Positions 62,025 to 64,000 of a stretch of 64,000 nucleotides of DNA are shown piece after piece; the stretch's first letter is position 1, and the number at the start of each line of letters is the position of its first letter. The DNA is taken from contig CM052817.1 of the NCBI GenBank assembly GCA_028534125.1, positions 76,510,001 to 76,574,000 of the forward strand, in the 5' to 3' direction. The notes below the pieces were generated by a model, which had not been told where the DNA came from, searched no databases, and worked only from the letters and a program-made list of their open reading frames with translations. Position numbers and translations under genes: made by a program. This stretch comes from Lama glama. Its lineage: Eukaryota.

Positions 62025-64000
62025 ACAAATATAGGGGAGGGAAATAAAAAATATAGATTTTATATATAGAATGTATCTGCACTTAAATGACTACCAGTTT
62101 TAAACAAGTAGATATAGTCATAGGTCAACATATATGCATTCTGTGGTAATCAAAAATCAAAAACCTACAATAGAGACACAAAAAGTAGAGAAAGGAAAAT
62201 AAGCATATCACTAAAGAAAGTCATCAAACTACAAGGGAAGAAATTAAAAGAAAAAATGAACAGAGAAGAACTAAAAAAACAAAACTGGAAACAAGTAATT
62301 AAATGGTAATAAGTTCATACCTATCAATGATTACTTTAAATGTCAGGAGACTAAATGCTTCAATCAAAAGACATAGGGTGGCTGACTAGCTGAAAAACAA
62401 CCAAGAACCATCAATGTTCTGTTTACAAGAAACTCACCTCAGATTTAAAGACACATACAGACTGTAAGTGAAGAAACAGAGAAAGATTTTCATGCAAAAG
62501 GAAATGACAAGAAATAGATGAAGAAACCAGGGGTAGCAATACTACATCAGAAAAAAACAGACTTTAATACAAAGTCCATATCAAAAGACAAAGGGCAATA
62601 TATGATGATGAAGGGATCAACATAAGAAGAGGATATCATACTCATTAATATATATGTACCCAATACAGAAGCACCTAAATATATAAAGCAAACATTAACA
62701 GACATTAGGGAGAAATTAACAATAATACAATAATAGCAGGGGACTTTAACACTCCACTTACATCAATGAACAGATCATCCAGACAGAAAATCAATAATGC
62801 AACATTGGTCTTAAATAAACAATAGAAGAATTAGATTTGATAGATGTTTATAGACTTGACAGATATCTTGGATTCTATCCAAAAACAACAGAATACACAT
62901 TCTTTTTAAATGCACATGGAAGGTCCTCCAGGATGTATCACGTGCCAGACAACAAAACAAGTCCCAACAAATTTAAGAGGATAGAAATTATATCAAGCAT
63001 TTTTTCCAACCACAACAGTATGAAACTAGAAATCAATTACAGAAAGAAAAATAGGAAAAGCACAAAGGAAACTAAACAACATAGCATGTGGAGACTAAAA
63101 CAACATAGTAAAATCGATGGATAAGTGAAGAAATGAAAGCAGAAATCAGAAAATACTTAAGACAAAAAAAAAAAAAAGAAAGGAAACACAACTCTTCAAA
63201 AATCTATGGCCTAAGCAAAACCAGTTATAAGAAGGAAGATTAAAGTCATTCAGGCCTACCTCAAGGAACAAGAAAGTCTCAAATAAACTACCTAACCTAC
63301 CATTTAAAGGAATTAGAAAAGGAAGAACAACCAAAACTCAAAGTCAGCAGAAGGAAGGAAATGATAAAAATTAAGAAGGAAATGGAGACCTAATAAAGAA
63401 AAAGAAAATAGAAAAGATCAATAAAACCAAAAGCTGGTTCTTTGAAAAGATTTTTTTTAAATGATAATCCTTTAGTCAGGCTCATCAAGAAGAAAGCGAG
63501 AGGACCAAAATAAAAAAATGAGAAATGAAAGAGTAGAAATAAAAACTGATACCACAGATACGCAAAAAATTATGAGAATACTACAGTTTTATACCAACAA
63601 ATTGGATAACCTAGAAGAAATGGGAAGATTTCTAGAAACATACAACCTGCCAAGACTGAAACAGAAATAAACAGACAACCTGAACAAGCAATCACTAGTA
63701 GTAAGATTGAATTTTTAATTAAAAAAAAAATCCCAGCAAACAAAAGTCCAGAACTGGACAGCTTCACAGGGGAATTCTATGAAACATATAAAGAGGAGAT
63801 GATACCTATCTTTCTCAAAGTATTCCAAAAAGTTGAACAGGAGGGAATACTCCCAAATTAATTATATGGGGCTACCATTACCTTGATACCAAAATCAGAC
63901 AATAACACTAACAGAAAGAAAATTATAGGTCAATATCTCTAATGAATATAGATGCAAACACCTTCAACAAAATATGAGTAACCTGAATCCAATAATAGAT

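Larger units (their letters stand above)
59488..64000 (+). mobile_element. Long L1: 5' UTR, decayed ORF1 (ATG about 60749), inter-ORF region, decayed ORF2 (ATG 62303) running off the window end
   Basis: ORF1-like RLSIDFSIETLQARRK...ILYAAKLS; ORF2 start MVISSYLSMITLNV...IKRHRVA; EN motif KRIEIISSIFSNHNSMKLEIN. Confidence 0.95.

Noticed and set aside
59488..64000. Active L1
   Set aside because: Both ORFs carry many stops and frameshifts, and a SINE is inserted between them

Overview
Mammalian genomic DNA, almost certainly camelid (camel/alpaca), judged from two tRNA-Ala-derived Vic-1-type SINEs and repeated camelid-style L1 3' ends. The window is AT-rich and about two-thirds decayed transposon sequence: many L1 copies of several ages (overwhelmingly + strand), L2, MIR, MaLR/ERVL/ERV1 LTRs, and a 500-N assembly gap. 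No intact protein-coding gene is recognisable; most of the longer entries in the ORF track are L1 fragments, their antisense frames or gap artefacts. The one identifiable gene-derived sequence is an old RPSA processed pseudogene, inserted in an L1 and later split by a MER41-like solo LTR. The most notable unexplained signals are: (1) a 33-bp near-perfect, pre-miRNA-sized hairpin inside an old LTR; (2) a frame-compatible cluster of small candidate exons at 15.5-16.2 kb; (3) a SINE-L1 chimeric retro-insertion under one TSD; (4) a decayed envelope-like reading frame at about 58.6-59.3 kb. Repeat family names come from recalled consensus sequences and boundaries are approximate unless a TSD is given.
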